A stretch of DNA of 57,665 nucleotides from a virus (lineage: Duplodnaviria; Caudoviricetes): the IMG/VR virus record IMGVR_UViG_3300050132_000191, positions 1-57,665 of that record; one strand, given 5' to 3'. Each line of letters opens with the position of its first letter. The stretch's first letter is position 1. Below the pieces are notes generated by a model. The model worked only from the letters and a program-made list of their open reading frames with translations. It was not told the DNA's origin and did no database searches. Both the position numbers and the translations under genes were made by a program. Shown here piece after piece: positions 25,884 through 34,276 of the stretch.

Positions 25884-27283
25884 TCGACTGCTCCTCTCAG
25901 ATTGCGAACGAGGTCCGCATTCACTCTCGTCTGTTGTTCAGCAACAGATTTTCCTGTGGCATCCGCATTGGAGCCATTGACAGTGATGGTCGTCGTCTGC
26001 GTCATTGCAACGGCGGGACTTCCACCAGCGCCAAGGCGAGCTCCAGTAAGAGAAGCCACATAATTTTGCGTCTCCGCTGGGATTGCTTGCCCTTTGGCGC
26101 CCTTTCCAGTGCGAAGGTACGCATCCATATTCCCCTCGCCCCAATTGTAAGCAGCGAGAGCCTTTCCAGTGTCCCCGTATTTGTGAATCAGGTACTGCAT
26201 CATTTTGGATGCGCCAGCCGAAGATTGCTCCAGGTTGTTCGGATCCGTCACGCCATATTGCTTTGCAGTGGCGTCCATGAAACCGAAATGCCCCTTGGCG
26301 CCCGCGGGGCTGACCATGTGCTTACCGCGGCCTGATTCCTGATTCCACATTTTATCAAGTAGGCCCGTAGGGAGCCCATACTGATTTTCCAAGGTCCCGA
26401 AACCCTGGGATCCTCCGCTCTGGTCCGTTATTTTACCGGAAACAGAACGACCGAGTTTTGGGCGAGCAACAATGGGGCTCCCAGTATTCGCCCAACGACG
26501 AGCGAGTTCCGCGGATTCATTTTTCTGCGCCTGCGGGTCATTTGGATTCAGATCCGTCTGCATCATATCAAGGAGGTTGCTTAACCCCTGGCTAATAACT
26601 TTGAAGACAGGAGCGAATTTCATCAGCAAAGATTGACCAAGGAGGGACAATTTGCTTTCCAGTACATCCATCGACGTCGCATATTCCAACATCGTTTTTT
26701 TCGCGGCATCCGGATCAACGCCTGAGTTCTTATACATATCAAGCATTGTTTGGCGTGCAGCATTAAATTCATTTTGGTGGGTTGTCATTTGCAGATAGTC
26801 GTCGGGGGTTATGCCGAACAGTCCTGCATATTGTGTTCCCACATACACAGGGAGTTTGCTAAGAGCAGCGACATAATCTTTCATCACATCACTAGTGTCA
26901 CGCCCTGTAACCTTTACCCCGAAGCTTTCAATCAAGCCTTGCAATCCAGGGTTCAAGCGCATCGCCTGCGCCATACCGTGGATAGAGCTTGCCATACTGT
27001 CGCCAGTGATGCCAATCTGCTTCCCAGCAAATTCCATCGCTTTCAAGTTCTTGACAGTTGAATCAGATAACTCGGATTGGAAATAGATTTTCCGCATTGA
27101 ATATGCGAATGCAGCGGAAGCAGCTTCGACGCTCGCCACGACCCCAGCCACAGCAACGCCAACGCCCAGCACCTTCTTGCCTGTCGCGCTGAGGGTGTTC
27201 TCAAACTTGCGAAGGGAAATGGCGTCGGTCTGAAAGCCAATTGAAACGAGGTATTCCTGAAGGACTTCTGCGGTGCCAGCCAT
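25880..27283 (-). CDS. Tape measure protein with C-terminal lytic transglycosylase (SLT) domain
   Basis: N-terminal EYLVSIGF helical region; QESG, SPAGAKG.FGFM, ALAAYNWG, ET.NYV. Confidence 0.88.
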   Translation of the reverse strand: MAGTAEVLQEYLVSIGFQTDAISLRKFENTLSATGKKVLGVGVAVAGVVASVEAASAAFAYSMRKIYFQSELSDSTVKNLKAMEFAGKQIGITGDSMASSIHGMAQAMRLNPGLQGLIESFGVKVTGRDTSDVMKDYVAALSKLPVYVGTQYAGLFGITPDDYLQMTTHQNEFNAARQTMLDMYKNSGVDPDAAKKTMLEYATSMDVLESKLSLLGQSLLMKFAPVFKVISQGLSNLLDMMQTDLNPNDPQAQKNESAELARRWANTGSPIVARPKLGRSVSGKITDQSGGSQGFGTLENQYGLPTGLLDKMWNQESGRGKHMVSPAGAKGHFGFMDATAKQYGVTDPNNLEQSSAGASKMMQYLIHKYGDTGKALAAYNWGEGNMDAYLRTGKGAKGQAIPAETQNYVASLTGARLGAGGSPAVAMTQTTTITVNGSNADATGKSVAEQQTRVNADLVRNLRGAVE

Positions 27284-27284
27284 G

Positions 27285-27503
27285 TTATTTCAGCCTTTTT
27301 CTGTTCTCGGTTTCAACATCCATAGCCTCGTTCATCTTCGCAATGTCCAACAACCCTAAGGCACCGTTGCGGAGGGATTCATATTTGCAAAGCCCCCTCA
27401 GCACTGGCCGCAGTAGCCAGTCTTCCTGGCCTGCCATTGTGACTAAAGCTACGCCTCCGCCCCCGGCACCTTCGCTAGATTGCCAAGGGCGGTACGAAAA
27501 AAA
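27285..27503 (-). CDS. Tail assembly chaperone -1 frameshift extension (alternatively own ATG at 27437)
   Basis: Open -1 frame from the T7 slippery run (27497-27503): SYRPWQ...MAGQEDWLLRPVLRGLCKYESL...ENRKRLK*. Confidence 0.7.
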   Translation of the reverse strand, partial: FFSYRPWQSSEGAGGGGVALVTMAGQEDWLLRPVLRGLCKYESLRNGALGLLDIAKMNEAMDVETENRKRLK

Positions 27504-27859
27504 TCGCCCAGGTTCTCCTCGATAACTGCAATCGCAAGTTGAAGCATATCCATCATTGGGATGTCGTCAAACATCAAACACCCGTCCGGGGCCTGGATCT
27601 TGGCGAACTTCCCGCTCTCCTGGCGCCGCTGCACCACGGACAGGCACTTGTGGATCACGAACTCCGTGTCAGCGTCGCTGATGTGGGAAAAGATAAGGAC
27701 AGTCAGAATCCCCTTATCTTTGTCCGCGTTCTCAGTAGCCACAAGGCCCTCCACCAATGGGAGCGCTGGGCCCATCTTTCGTGCGATGTGCAATTGGCTG
27801 AAAGCGTCAAGGCGCGTGGCGCCCGTGGTGTAAGCGTGCCCGGAAAGATCGAGTTCCAT
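27449..27859 (-). CDS. Tail assembly chaperone
   Basis: Between tube and tape measure; LDAF.QLHIARK, ENLGDFF. Confidence 0.85.
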   Translation of the reverse strand: MELDLSGHAYTTGATRLDAFSQLHIARKMGPALPLVEGLVATENADKDKGILTVLIFSHISDADTEFVIHKCLSVVQRRQESGKFAKIQAPDGCLMFDDIPMMDMLQLAIAVIEENLGDFFRTALGNLAKVPGAEA

Positions 27860-28302
27860 TATGTCGTACTGCCCAGAGCACGGTCAATGATGCCCGCGTT
27901 GAACACCCATTCATTCGTCCCGCCTTCTTTGGCGTAAGCAATCTTCGGAGCCCGCTTGAATGCGACAAGCTGGCAAGTGATTGCGTCCTGCGTTGCGGTG
28001 TTGCCAATTGAAATGGTGTTCTGCCCGTGGTTGCTGCCAGCAGCAGTCTGGAAGCTGTACATCTGCATCAGCTTCTGATTCACCGGGGAAGTCTTCAGCA
28101 AGCGCACCGTCACAGTGCCGCTCTTGTTCGCGTGCAAGCTGTGCATTGGCGTTCCGTCTGCGCCAATCGCCATGCTGCCAATATCTTCGGATGGTTCAAT
28201 ATCAATACCTTCCTCAGCAGCCCCAGCACCTTGGCCCAGATTGATTGCACCGCCAGGGCCCACAATGGAGGCCTGCGTATCGAGAAATGAATAAGTCGCC
28301 AT
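27859..28302 (-). CDS. Tail tube protein (DUF3277-like)
   Basis: TYSFLD, AEEGI, IGADG, LLKTSP.N; follows the sheath gene. Confidence 0.85.
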   Translation of the reverse strand: MATYSFLDTQASIVGPGGAINLGQGAGAAEEGIDIEPSEDIGSMAIGADGTPMHSLHANKSGTVTVRLLKTSPVNQKLMQMYSFQTAAGSNHGQNTISIGNTATQDAITCQLVAFKRAPKIAYAKEGGTNEWVFNAGIIDRALGSTT

Positions 28303-28311
28303 GAATACTCC

Positions 28312-29799
28312 TTATCTGTTTACGTTAATAATTACATCTACGGAATGGATTGCCCCAGCAAGCTTCGCCGCAATCTGAATCGGAACAGACTTACGAGCAG
28401 CACGATCCGCTGGATTTTGCTGTGCAATGGGCGGAGCGAAGACGTAGAAGCCTTTCGGTAGAAAATCATTCTGTTGTAATGCACCGAATCCGCCGGCTTG
28501 CCACACGCCCGGCGCCAGTAAGCCGTTGCGACCTGCGCGGGAGCATTCCGCTTCAATTGTTGTAACGATGAGCTGGTTCCCTTGATCCGTCTGCGGGATT
28601 TTGGTTGTCGTGGTGTAGAGCAGGTTGTAAACTGAAGTCTGAATACTCAGCGCGAGCCAATCTGTACCCGTAATGACGTCAAGGAAGTCCCCGCTGGATA
28701 CGACGCCGGGTTCAATGATTGCGGTTGAATTGTTGTACGCGACAAATACATTGCAGCCTTTAGCTTCGAGCGCCGTGATTTGCGATACGTTCAACGTCTC
28801 CGCTGCAATCCCGGGCTCTTGCTTATACATCAGGGTGATGACCGTGTTGTTCCCGTTGTAATCCGTGGTCAGGATACGCCCGAGCAGACTGCACACCGCG
28901 TAAGCGTTGGAGCTGGAATACTGCACGACGGTCCGCTTGTAAGCGAGCTGGCGGAGTTGGTAGGCGATGTCCGTCGTACTGACTGCGGAAATGGTGCCTG
29001 CCGCTTGCGTGCTGACGCCATAAACATGCTTGGAAGTTGCCCCTTCAATGTACGGAGCAATCGCAAGGTGATCCGCATCCGCTGCCCCGAGTACAGTGAG
29101 CCCGTACCAGTTCTGTCCGTAGTTCTGGTCAAACAGTGTTACCGCTGCCAGTGCAGTTTCAGCAACCACCCCGTTCGCAGCGTATGCACCGCTGGAGGTA
29201 CTGAGCCCGCCCAACATCGCGGAAATATCAACCCCGGAAGCGGGCGCAGTCAAGAAGCTGACCGTGGAAGAAGCGCCCGAAGTGGTTGACGTGAACTCGA
29301 AGCGGTTGTAAGTTGCATTCCAGACGCAAGTGGCGGACCCCGCAAGCGCGGTTTGGATAACGGAAGCAACGCCGTTCAGATTTGTCTGCAGATGGAAGTC
29401 CAGTGAAGCCAGCGTTTTAAGAACCCCGTCCACAGTAACCTTGAAAGCACCCGTGGTGATCGCTGTCCAGGTCGCCAGAAGCTGTTGGGCTGCGGATAGC
29501 GTGGCGCCAAGTAACTTGCCATAAGTGTCCGTCTTTGCCCAACGTCCAATCTGCAAAGACACGGGTTGCGGCGCTTGTTGGAACCAAAGATTGGCGGCGT
29601 AGTATTCCGACGCCGTGGTGCCGAAGTCGGCAGCAACCCCATCCAGGCCGGTATAACTACGGAAACGCTCGACTGTGTCAATAACACCCCCGGTCGAGCC
29701 CAGAATCAAGAGCGTTGAAATGTTCTGCATCTGCGCCGCAAGCGGGGACAGGTTAACTTGGACATTTACCAGGCGATTTATCGCTAGCGCGTTTGTCAT
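28312..29799 (-). CDS. Tail sheath protein (DUF3383-like)
   Basis: 495 aa; V.V.VNLSP, IGRW, YKQEPG, KIPQTD.G, KLAGAIH. Confidence 0.88.
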   Translation of the reverse strand: MTNALAINRLVNVQVNLSPLAAQMQNISTLLILGSTGGVIDTVERFRSYTGLDGVAADFGTTASEYYAANLWFQQAPQPVSLQIGRWAKTDTYGKLLGATLSAAQQLLATWTAITTGAFKVTVDGVLKTLASLDFHLQTNLNGVASVIQTALAGSATCVWNATYNRFEFTSTTSGASSTVSFLTAPASGVDISAMLGGLSTSSGAYAANGVVAETALAAVTLFDQNYGQNWYGLTVLGAADADHLAIAPYIEGATSKHVYGVSTQAAGTISAVSTTDIAYQLRQLAYKRTVVQYSSSNAYAVCSLLGRILTTDYNGNNTVITLMYKQEPGIAAETLNVSQITALEAKGCNVFVAYNNSTAIIEPGVVSSGDFLDVITGTDWLALSIQTSVYNLLYTTTTKIPQTDQGNQLIVTTIEAECSRAGRNGLLAPGVWQAGGFGALQQNDFLPKGFYVFAPPIAQQNPADRAARKSVPIQIAAKLAGAIHSVDVIINVNR

Positions 29800-29808
29800 G
29801 AATTACTC

Positions 29809-30390
29809 CTAGATGACTGTAATCGTTTCCACATAATGAACATTATCCAGTTCTATACCCGAGCTCAGTATATTCCGGACTGCGTAATCACTCACAAGTT
29901 GCCGCCGGATACTGAACGTGAATGTCGCACCCGGATACCACTTGTCTTTCACCTGTTCCGGGCTAGTCATGATATCACCGCTCTCAACTAACCCCATATT
30001 ATTCAATGACAGAATTTCCCGATTCTGTGCAACTTGCATCCCTTCCCGCAATCGCCTAGCATACGCATTTCGATTTGGGCCATAGAATGTAGCAGCAAGG
30101 AATAGAACCTCATGCCTGCGCGTCTGATTATAGCCCGGATCTGACGCGTTATGGACTTCCGCCGCATAGGTATCTGTCAACCTCCTAATGATACCGAAAG
30201 CCAACCAGTTCACATTCTCTGCGGGGATATTGGCTGGCTCCGGTTGCCAGCGCGGGCGCACATTCGCATTATCAATTCCACTTATCCCGACGACCCAATC
30301 GTGCAGGAAGTCCGTCAGCGCGTCATCTTCGAGCTGAGAGGGGGAAGGGGCGGGGGCAAGATAACCCCCGGTGGCGCTGGAGTTGGGCAT
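29809..30390 (-). CDS. Neck / tail terminator protein
   Basis: NSSATGGYL, VRPRWQ, FYGP; directly upstream of the sheath. Confidence 0.75.
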   Translation of the reverse strand: MPNSSATGGYLAPAPSPSQLEDDALTDFLHDWVVGISGIDNANVRPRWQPEPANIPAENVNWLAFGIIRRLTDTYAAEVHNASDPGYNQTRRHEVLFLAATFYGPNRNAYARRLREGMQVAQNREILSLNNMGLVESGDIMTSPEQVKDKWYPGATFTFSIRRQLVSDYAVRNILSSGIELDNVHYVETITVI

Positions 30391-30629
30391 TAACTCAGAC
30401 TCCAGCTATAGGAACCGCCCTGCCCTGTTTTACCCGCATAAACTTTGAAGCCTTCTACTGTACCGTTCACAACATTATTGGCGGACACTTTAGAGCAAAC
30501 AAGATCCGCACCAGCTTCGGACAGTCCACCGGAAATCAACGCTTTTTTCAATTCAGCTTTTCCAAAGGAATTACCACTTGACACAGCATCTCTCGTCCGC
30601 CCTAAATGCACGTGAATATGAGTTGCCAT
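30390..30629 (-). CDS. Small protein with HxH leader (putative internal head cargo)
   Basis: MATHIHVHLGRTRD-A...; 79 aa; tightly coupled to neighbouring genes. Confidence 0.7.
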   Translation of the reverse strand: MATHIHVHLGRTRDAVSSGNSFGKAELKKALISGGLSEAGADLVCSKVSANNVVNGTVEGFKVYAGKTGQGGSYSWSLS

Positions 30630-30631
30630 GA

Positions 30632-30961
30632 TCACCACTCCCGCACAGTAAACACATCCGCCGCAGTGCCCAGAACGCTAATCGCGCCCACACCGACCGG
30701 GAATCCCAGCGGAGGGAAGGTTGCCCCGGGCGCTATTGCAAAGCTCCCAGCGCCTACCGTTGCTGTGCCCAGTTCATTCACGTACATCGGATTCACGCCT
30801 CTGTTCTGCATGATCCAACCGCTGCGAAACGTGTTTGCGTCGAGAAGAACCTGCGCCACCGCAGTTGTTGCAATGGTTCCACTGTGGTCAACTACCGCTT
30901 CCTGCGTTCGGAAAATGACGGTCTGTTGCACGCCAAGTGAATCAACGATTTTGAGTAGCAT
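30632..30961 (-). CDS. Small beta-rich putative virion protein
   Basis: 109 aa; AN..R.GW..QN...PMYV pattern; SD AAGGA. Confidence 0.7.
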   Translation of the reverse strand: MLLKIVDSLGVQQTVIFRTQEAVVDHSGTIATTAVAQVLLDANTFRSGWIMQNRGVNPMYVNELGTATVGAGSFAIAPGATFPPLGFPVGVGAISVLGTAADVFTVREW

Positions 30962-30963
30962 GG

Positions 30964-31413
30964 CTATCCTTGGAAAATAGAATAAGTTGAATTCGCTGCG
31001 ACGTTGAAAGCGAGCTGAGGTATCAAACCTGATTGCAACGCATTGTCCGTCTTGTTCATACTGCTACATTCAGCCTGGAAAAACCCAGCGCCGAAATGTG
31101 GATAAAGATCTACGTGCTTGACAAGGAAATTAGATCCGCGCCATACCACAATATCAGGCTGAGAATCTGTCGTTTCACCTCTCAGCGCAAACCTGCAAAC
31201 GACCGTGATAGAACGACTCATTGTTTGATAGTCTTCCTTACGGTCCAAGTCGCTAGGACTGTTCGCAGTGACCACCCCTATCACGGGTGAAAACGTCTGC
31301 TCCGTCGGTACGCTGCGCCCGTGCGAATCAATCACATCCGTCCGACGGCGCACAGCAAAGCTATCCGCGAAATCCGGATCGGTTAGGATTTGGGTGACGT
31401 CGAGGAGGGGCAT
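30964..31413 (-). CDS. Head-tail joining (head closure) protein
   Basis: MPLLDVT..L.DPDF, PDIVVWRG; synteny. Confidence 0.75.
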   Translation of the reverse strand: MPLLDVTQILTDPDFADSFAVRRRTDVIDSHGRSVPTEQTFSPVIGVVTANSPSDLDRKEDYQTMSRSITVVCRFALRGETTDSQPDIVVWRGSNFLVKHVDLYPHFGAGFFQAECSSMNKTDNALQSGLIPQLAFNVAANSTYSIFQG

Positions 31414-31631
31414 TAAATTCTATCCAAGATCCCGCTGGCCTGGCGAAATGGTGCTGCGGCTTTATCAATGTTGGCCGCTTTCGTAGGGCTGTCCGTTTCC
31501 GCTTCCATGCAAGCCCGCATCCCTGCGGAAGCGGCTTCCTTTGCGCGGCGGATGTTTTCACGGAACTCCCGATCAGTTTGATTGCCGTCTTTTACTTTCT
31601 TCGAGCCCAGCTGAATGTGCAGTGTTGTCAT
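31413..31631 (-). CDS. Small helical protein with HxH-like leader (putative internal head cargo)
   Basis: MTTLHIQLGSKKVKD-G...; 72 aa. Confidence 0.7.
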   Translation of the reverse strand: MTTLHIQLGSKKVKDGNQTDREFRENIRRAKEAASAGMRACMEAETDSPTKAANIDKAAAPFRQASGILDRI

Positions 31632-32186
31632 TTATTTCTTCCTAATCACGAAATTTATTGAATTGCGAAGCTGCCCCGTCTGCACCAAAGGCTTGGCAAG
31701 GTCCATGCCCGGAGCATTACCTTCTGCACGCGACGCAAGCTCGGCCTTAGCGCCCTTTACCGCCTTGCCGCTCCGTATGCGAGCGCGAAGTGTGCTGTCG
31801 GCAAGCGGGGGCGCTATGCCGGCGTTGATCACTGAGCGGATCGAGGACTGAGCAATCATTCCCGCCTTGGTCAATGCTGCGCCAATTTCACCGTCGTTTG
31901 CGTGCAAGCAATTCTGAGCCGCCTTTTTGAACTGGATTACAATCCCGGGCTTCGCATTTTGAATTCCAGGCACCATGAAAGGTCGGGCGGGAATGTTTGC
32001 AGCAGGCGAGCCTCTATCATGAATAAAGGCCATGGTGGCGTTGTTCATTAGTTGTTTGTCTTCAACGTCCTTGCGAGGAGCTTCTTCCTGTGGCACGCCC
32101 ACCAGCACGTCGCTCTTCGATAGCTTTGCAAACGAAGTCTTCAACTTCGGAAGCTTGTCGAGAACGAGGCGAGCGGGGTTTTTCAT
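31632..32186 (-). CDS. Neck / tail completion protein
   Basis: VLVGVP, IH..GSP..NIPARPF, KPL..TGQLRNSI. Confidence 0.82.
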   Translation of the reverse strand: MKNPARLVLDKLPKLKTSFAKLSKSDVLVGVPQEEAPRKDVEDKQLMNNATMAFIHDRGSPAANIPARPFMVPGIQNAKPGIVIQFKKAAQNCLHANDGEIGAALTKAGMIAQSSIRSVINAGIAPPLADSTLRARIRSGKAVKGAKAELASRAEGNAPGMDLAKPLVQTGQLRNSINFVIRKK

Positions 32187-32408
32187 TTAGCGTTCCGCTT
32201 TGATATTTCGAATAGCTACGTTTAAAGAACCCTGTGCTTTGGCAATAAGGCTCTGCGCATCATCCACCATACGTTCAGCGGCCCCTTTGCTCAAAGGGTT
32301 CAGCTTGTTGTAAATTTGATCAAGCTCGCGAATAGCAGATTCCAGTTTTTCAATAGTTGGGTCTGCATCCCGTGTCTTACCCGCGTGAATGTAAATGTGT
32401 GTTGTCAT
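32187..32408 (-). CDS. Small helical protein with HxH leader (putative internal head cargo)
   Basis: MTTHIYIHAGKTRD-A...; 73 aa; SD AGGA. Confidence 0.72.
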   Translation of the reverse strand: MTTHIYIHAGKTRDADPTIEKLESAIRELDQIYNKLNPLSKGAAERMVDDAQSLIAKAQGSLNVAIRNIKAER

Positions 32409-32417
32409 TGCAAATCC

Positions 32418-32882
32418 TTAGAAGTTACTAAAACCAGGCGTCGTCAAAGGACCGGGCCACCCCTGTCCGCCGTTGCTCGGAACTGCACCGATGCCAATTT
32501 GAATGCCACCAGCGCCAAACATCTTCGCCATGCGAATAAATCGCGTGCCATAAACTGTCAAATTCCAGTCACCAGCGCCTTCAACTGTGCCGGATCCAAC
32601 GTCATATCCTACAGACACTTTATCCACGGATTTGGAAGCAATGGGCCCGACTTGTTGACCGGGAATACCACCATTAGCGGATTCGGCCTGCGCCCGTGCT
32701 TCAATAGCCACATTGTGAGCAGCGTAAAGCTCCGCTCCGATGTCGATCTGCCTGCCCCAGCGTTGCGTATTCAGAAAGCTGTACGCGGTGTTCAACCAAA
32801 ATTGAACCTGCGAAGTGGTGAACTGCGTGCTGGACGCAAACTCAGGGAAGTCTGCGCGGAACTGTTGGACGGAGATGGTCAT
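32418..32882 (-). CDS. Head-tail adaptor (DUF4054-like)
   Basis: FRADFPEF, LYAAH, SKSVDKVSV.YD, WNLT.YG. Confidence 0.85.
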   Translation of the reverse strand: MTISVQQFRADFPEFASSTQFTTSQVQFWLNTAYSFLNTQRWGRQIDIGAELYAAHNVAIEARAQAESANGGIPGQQVGPIASKSVDKVSVGYDVGSGTVEGAGDWNLTVYGTRFIRMAKMFGAGGIQIGIGAVPSNGGQGWPGPLTTPGFSNF

Positions 32883-32884
32883 AA

Positions 32885-33610
32885 CTAGCGGATCTGAAAG
32901 GCGTACTTGCGAGCAGCGTCAATTAAGTTTTCCAGCTTTTCGCATTTGTCCATCCCGTCCGCGTCGAGTTGGTTGCTCAGGGATTCGCACTTGCGTGCAG
33001 CGTCTGTCAACACCGAATTGATTTCACCGACCTTGGTTTTGAATTGCGATTCGGTCAACGCTGCATCCTTCGTCCCTTTCAACTCCTCTTTCAAGCGGTT
33101 GATTTTCTCCATCACCTCGGTCGGGATGCGCTTGTTGGCGTTCGTGTGACCGAGCCCAACCGCTTCCGCATTTTTCAATTCAAACTGAACGTCGCTCCTG
33201 CTGCGTGCGTCTTTGGTGTCCGGGCGCACTGGTTCGCGGCGTTCTGCTTTCAAATCAGTAAGCTCGCGTCTGAGTTGCATCAACTTCTGCCCTGACGCAG
33301 TTTTCATTTCCTGCACGCACGCTTGAATTTTGCGGTCCAGTTCTACAGCGCCACCGGAGGTATTTGCGTCTTTGGAATTGCCAAGCGCCTTGCTTGCCTC
33401 TTCCTTCGTGGTGTGAATTTGGGATTCAGGGATGCTGATTGTTGAGTTCCCGACTTTGACGTCGTATCTCCCAGGCTGACCCTTTTCGGGGCCTATAACA
33501 GTCGCAGCCATTGCGACATTGCGGTGGCTGGTGAATACAGTTGCTCCCGATTGGAAGGACGCATCCCGCGCCGTACTCCCATCCAGCCAAATATGCACAG
33601 TCTTTCTCAT
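32885..33610 (-). CDS. Putative polyprotein of four small modules separated by xKD/xRD motifs
   Basis: SD AGGAGG before ATG 33610; MRKTVHIWLDGSTARD-A, then SKD-A, TKD-A, TKD-A. Confidence 0.75.
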   Translation of the reverse strand: MRKTVHIWLDGSTARDASFQSGATVFTSHRNVAMAATVIGPEKGQPGRYDVKVGNSTISIPESQIHTTKEEASKALGNSKDANTSGGAVELDRKIQACVQEMKTASGQKLMQLRRELTDLKAERREPVRPDTKDARSRSDVQFELKNAEAVGLGHTNANKRIPTEVMEKINRLKEELKGTKDAALTESQFKTKVGEINSVLTDAARKCESLSNQLDADGMDKCEKLENLIDAARKYAFQIR

Positions 33611-33780
33611 GATTGTTCTCCTCCTGCGTTTTTCCAATACTTGCGATTTTGCTCGTTGAGCGTTGCAAGTGTAACTGATTCAGGAAGGACACTGACAGCG
33701 ATAGGGACGTACTGATCGTCGACTGTGAGTGGCGCTGGGGTTTCGGTCTCTTCGTTAGAAGAACTTTGTTCGTTTGGCAT
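33607..33780 (-). CDS. Unannotated 57-aa protein resembling the scaffold C-terminus
   Basis: MPNEQSSSNEETETPAPLTVDDQYVPIAVSVLPESVTLATLNEQNRKYWKNAGGEQS; AGGA upstream; ATGA overlap with the next gene. Confidence 0.65.
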   Translation of the reverse strand: MPNEQSSSNEETETPAPLTVDDQYVPIAVSVLPESVTLATLNEQNRKYWKNAGGEQS

Positions 33781-33830
33781 TAGGAGGGTTCCTGGAAAAG
33801 GCTTGCTGAATGGGCATTGCAGACCGGGGG

Positions 33831-34175
33831 TTAGGACTTTTTCGGATCGTAAATTCGGACGCCGTTTGCGTGGCTGTACCAGTGGGCCGCGTGGGCGCGT
33901 TCCATTTCTTGGACACCTGCTTTGAAAGTGATTTCACGGAAATTGTCAATGCGGAGCTTGAACGCTTTCGGGACCGTTGCTGTCACCGTATCTACCAGTT
34001 CGTCAGCGACTTCCACCACCTCTTTGGCTTCAGCAAAGAGCGTCGGAGCGGGGTCGGCAGCGTCCACCACTACGCTCGCGCTTTCGGGGGTAGGTGCTGC
34101 GGGCGCAGTTTGCGCGGCCCAAGGTGCTGGGAAGGGTGTTGGGGCGGTTGTAGCGGGTTTTTCTTGGGTATCCAT
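33831..34175 (-). CDS. Head-associated hypothetical protein
   Basis: SD AGGAG; Pro/Ala-rich N-terminus and compact C-terminal domain (VPKAF.L...HWY..ANG); follows the capsid gene. Confidence 0.75.
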   Translation of the reverse strand: MDTQEKPATTAPTPFPAPWAAQTAPAAPTPESASVVVDAADPAPTLFAEAKEVVEVADELVDTVTATVPKAFKLRIDNFREITFKAGVQEMERAHAAHWYSHANGVRIYDPKKS

Positions 34176-34276
34176 TTTCGTAATCTCCTAAAGTAATCCC
34201 GCCAGCTGGTGAGACCTACAATGCGTCCCCGCGGAACGGAGGCGCATTAGAGGGTCACTTAGTTCAACAATTCAAC

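Noticed and set aside
33755-33949. 64-aa - strand ORF and 33426..33692 ORF near the polyprotein
   Set aside because: They overlap better-supported genes; the gap is explained by 33607..33780
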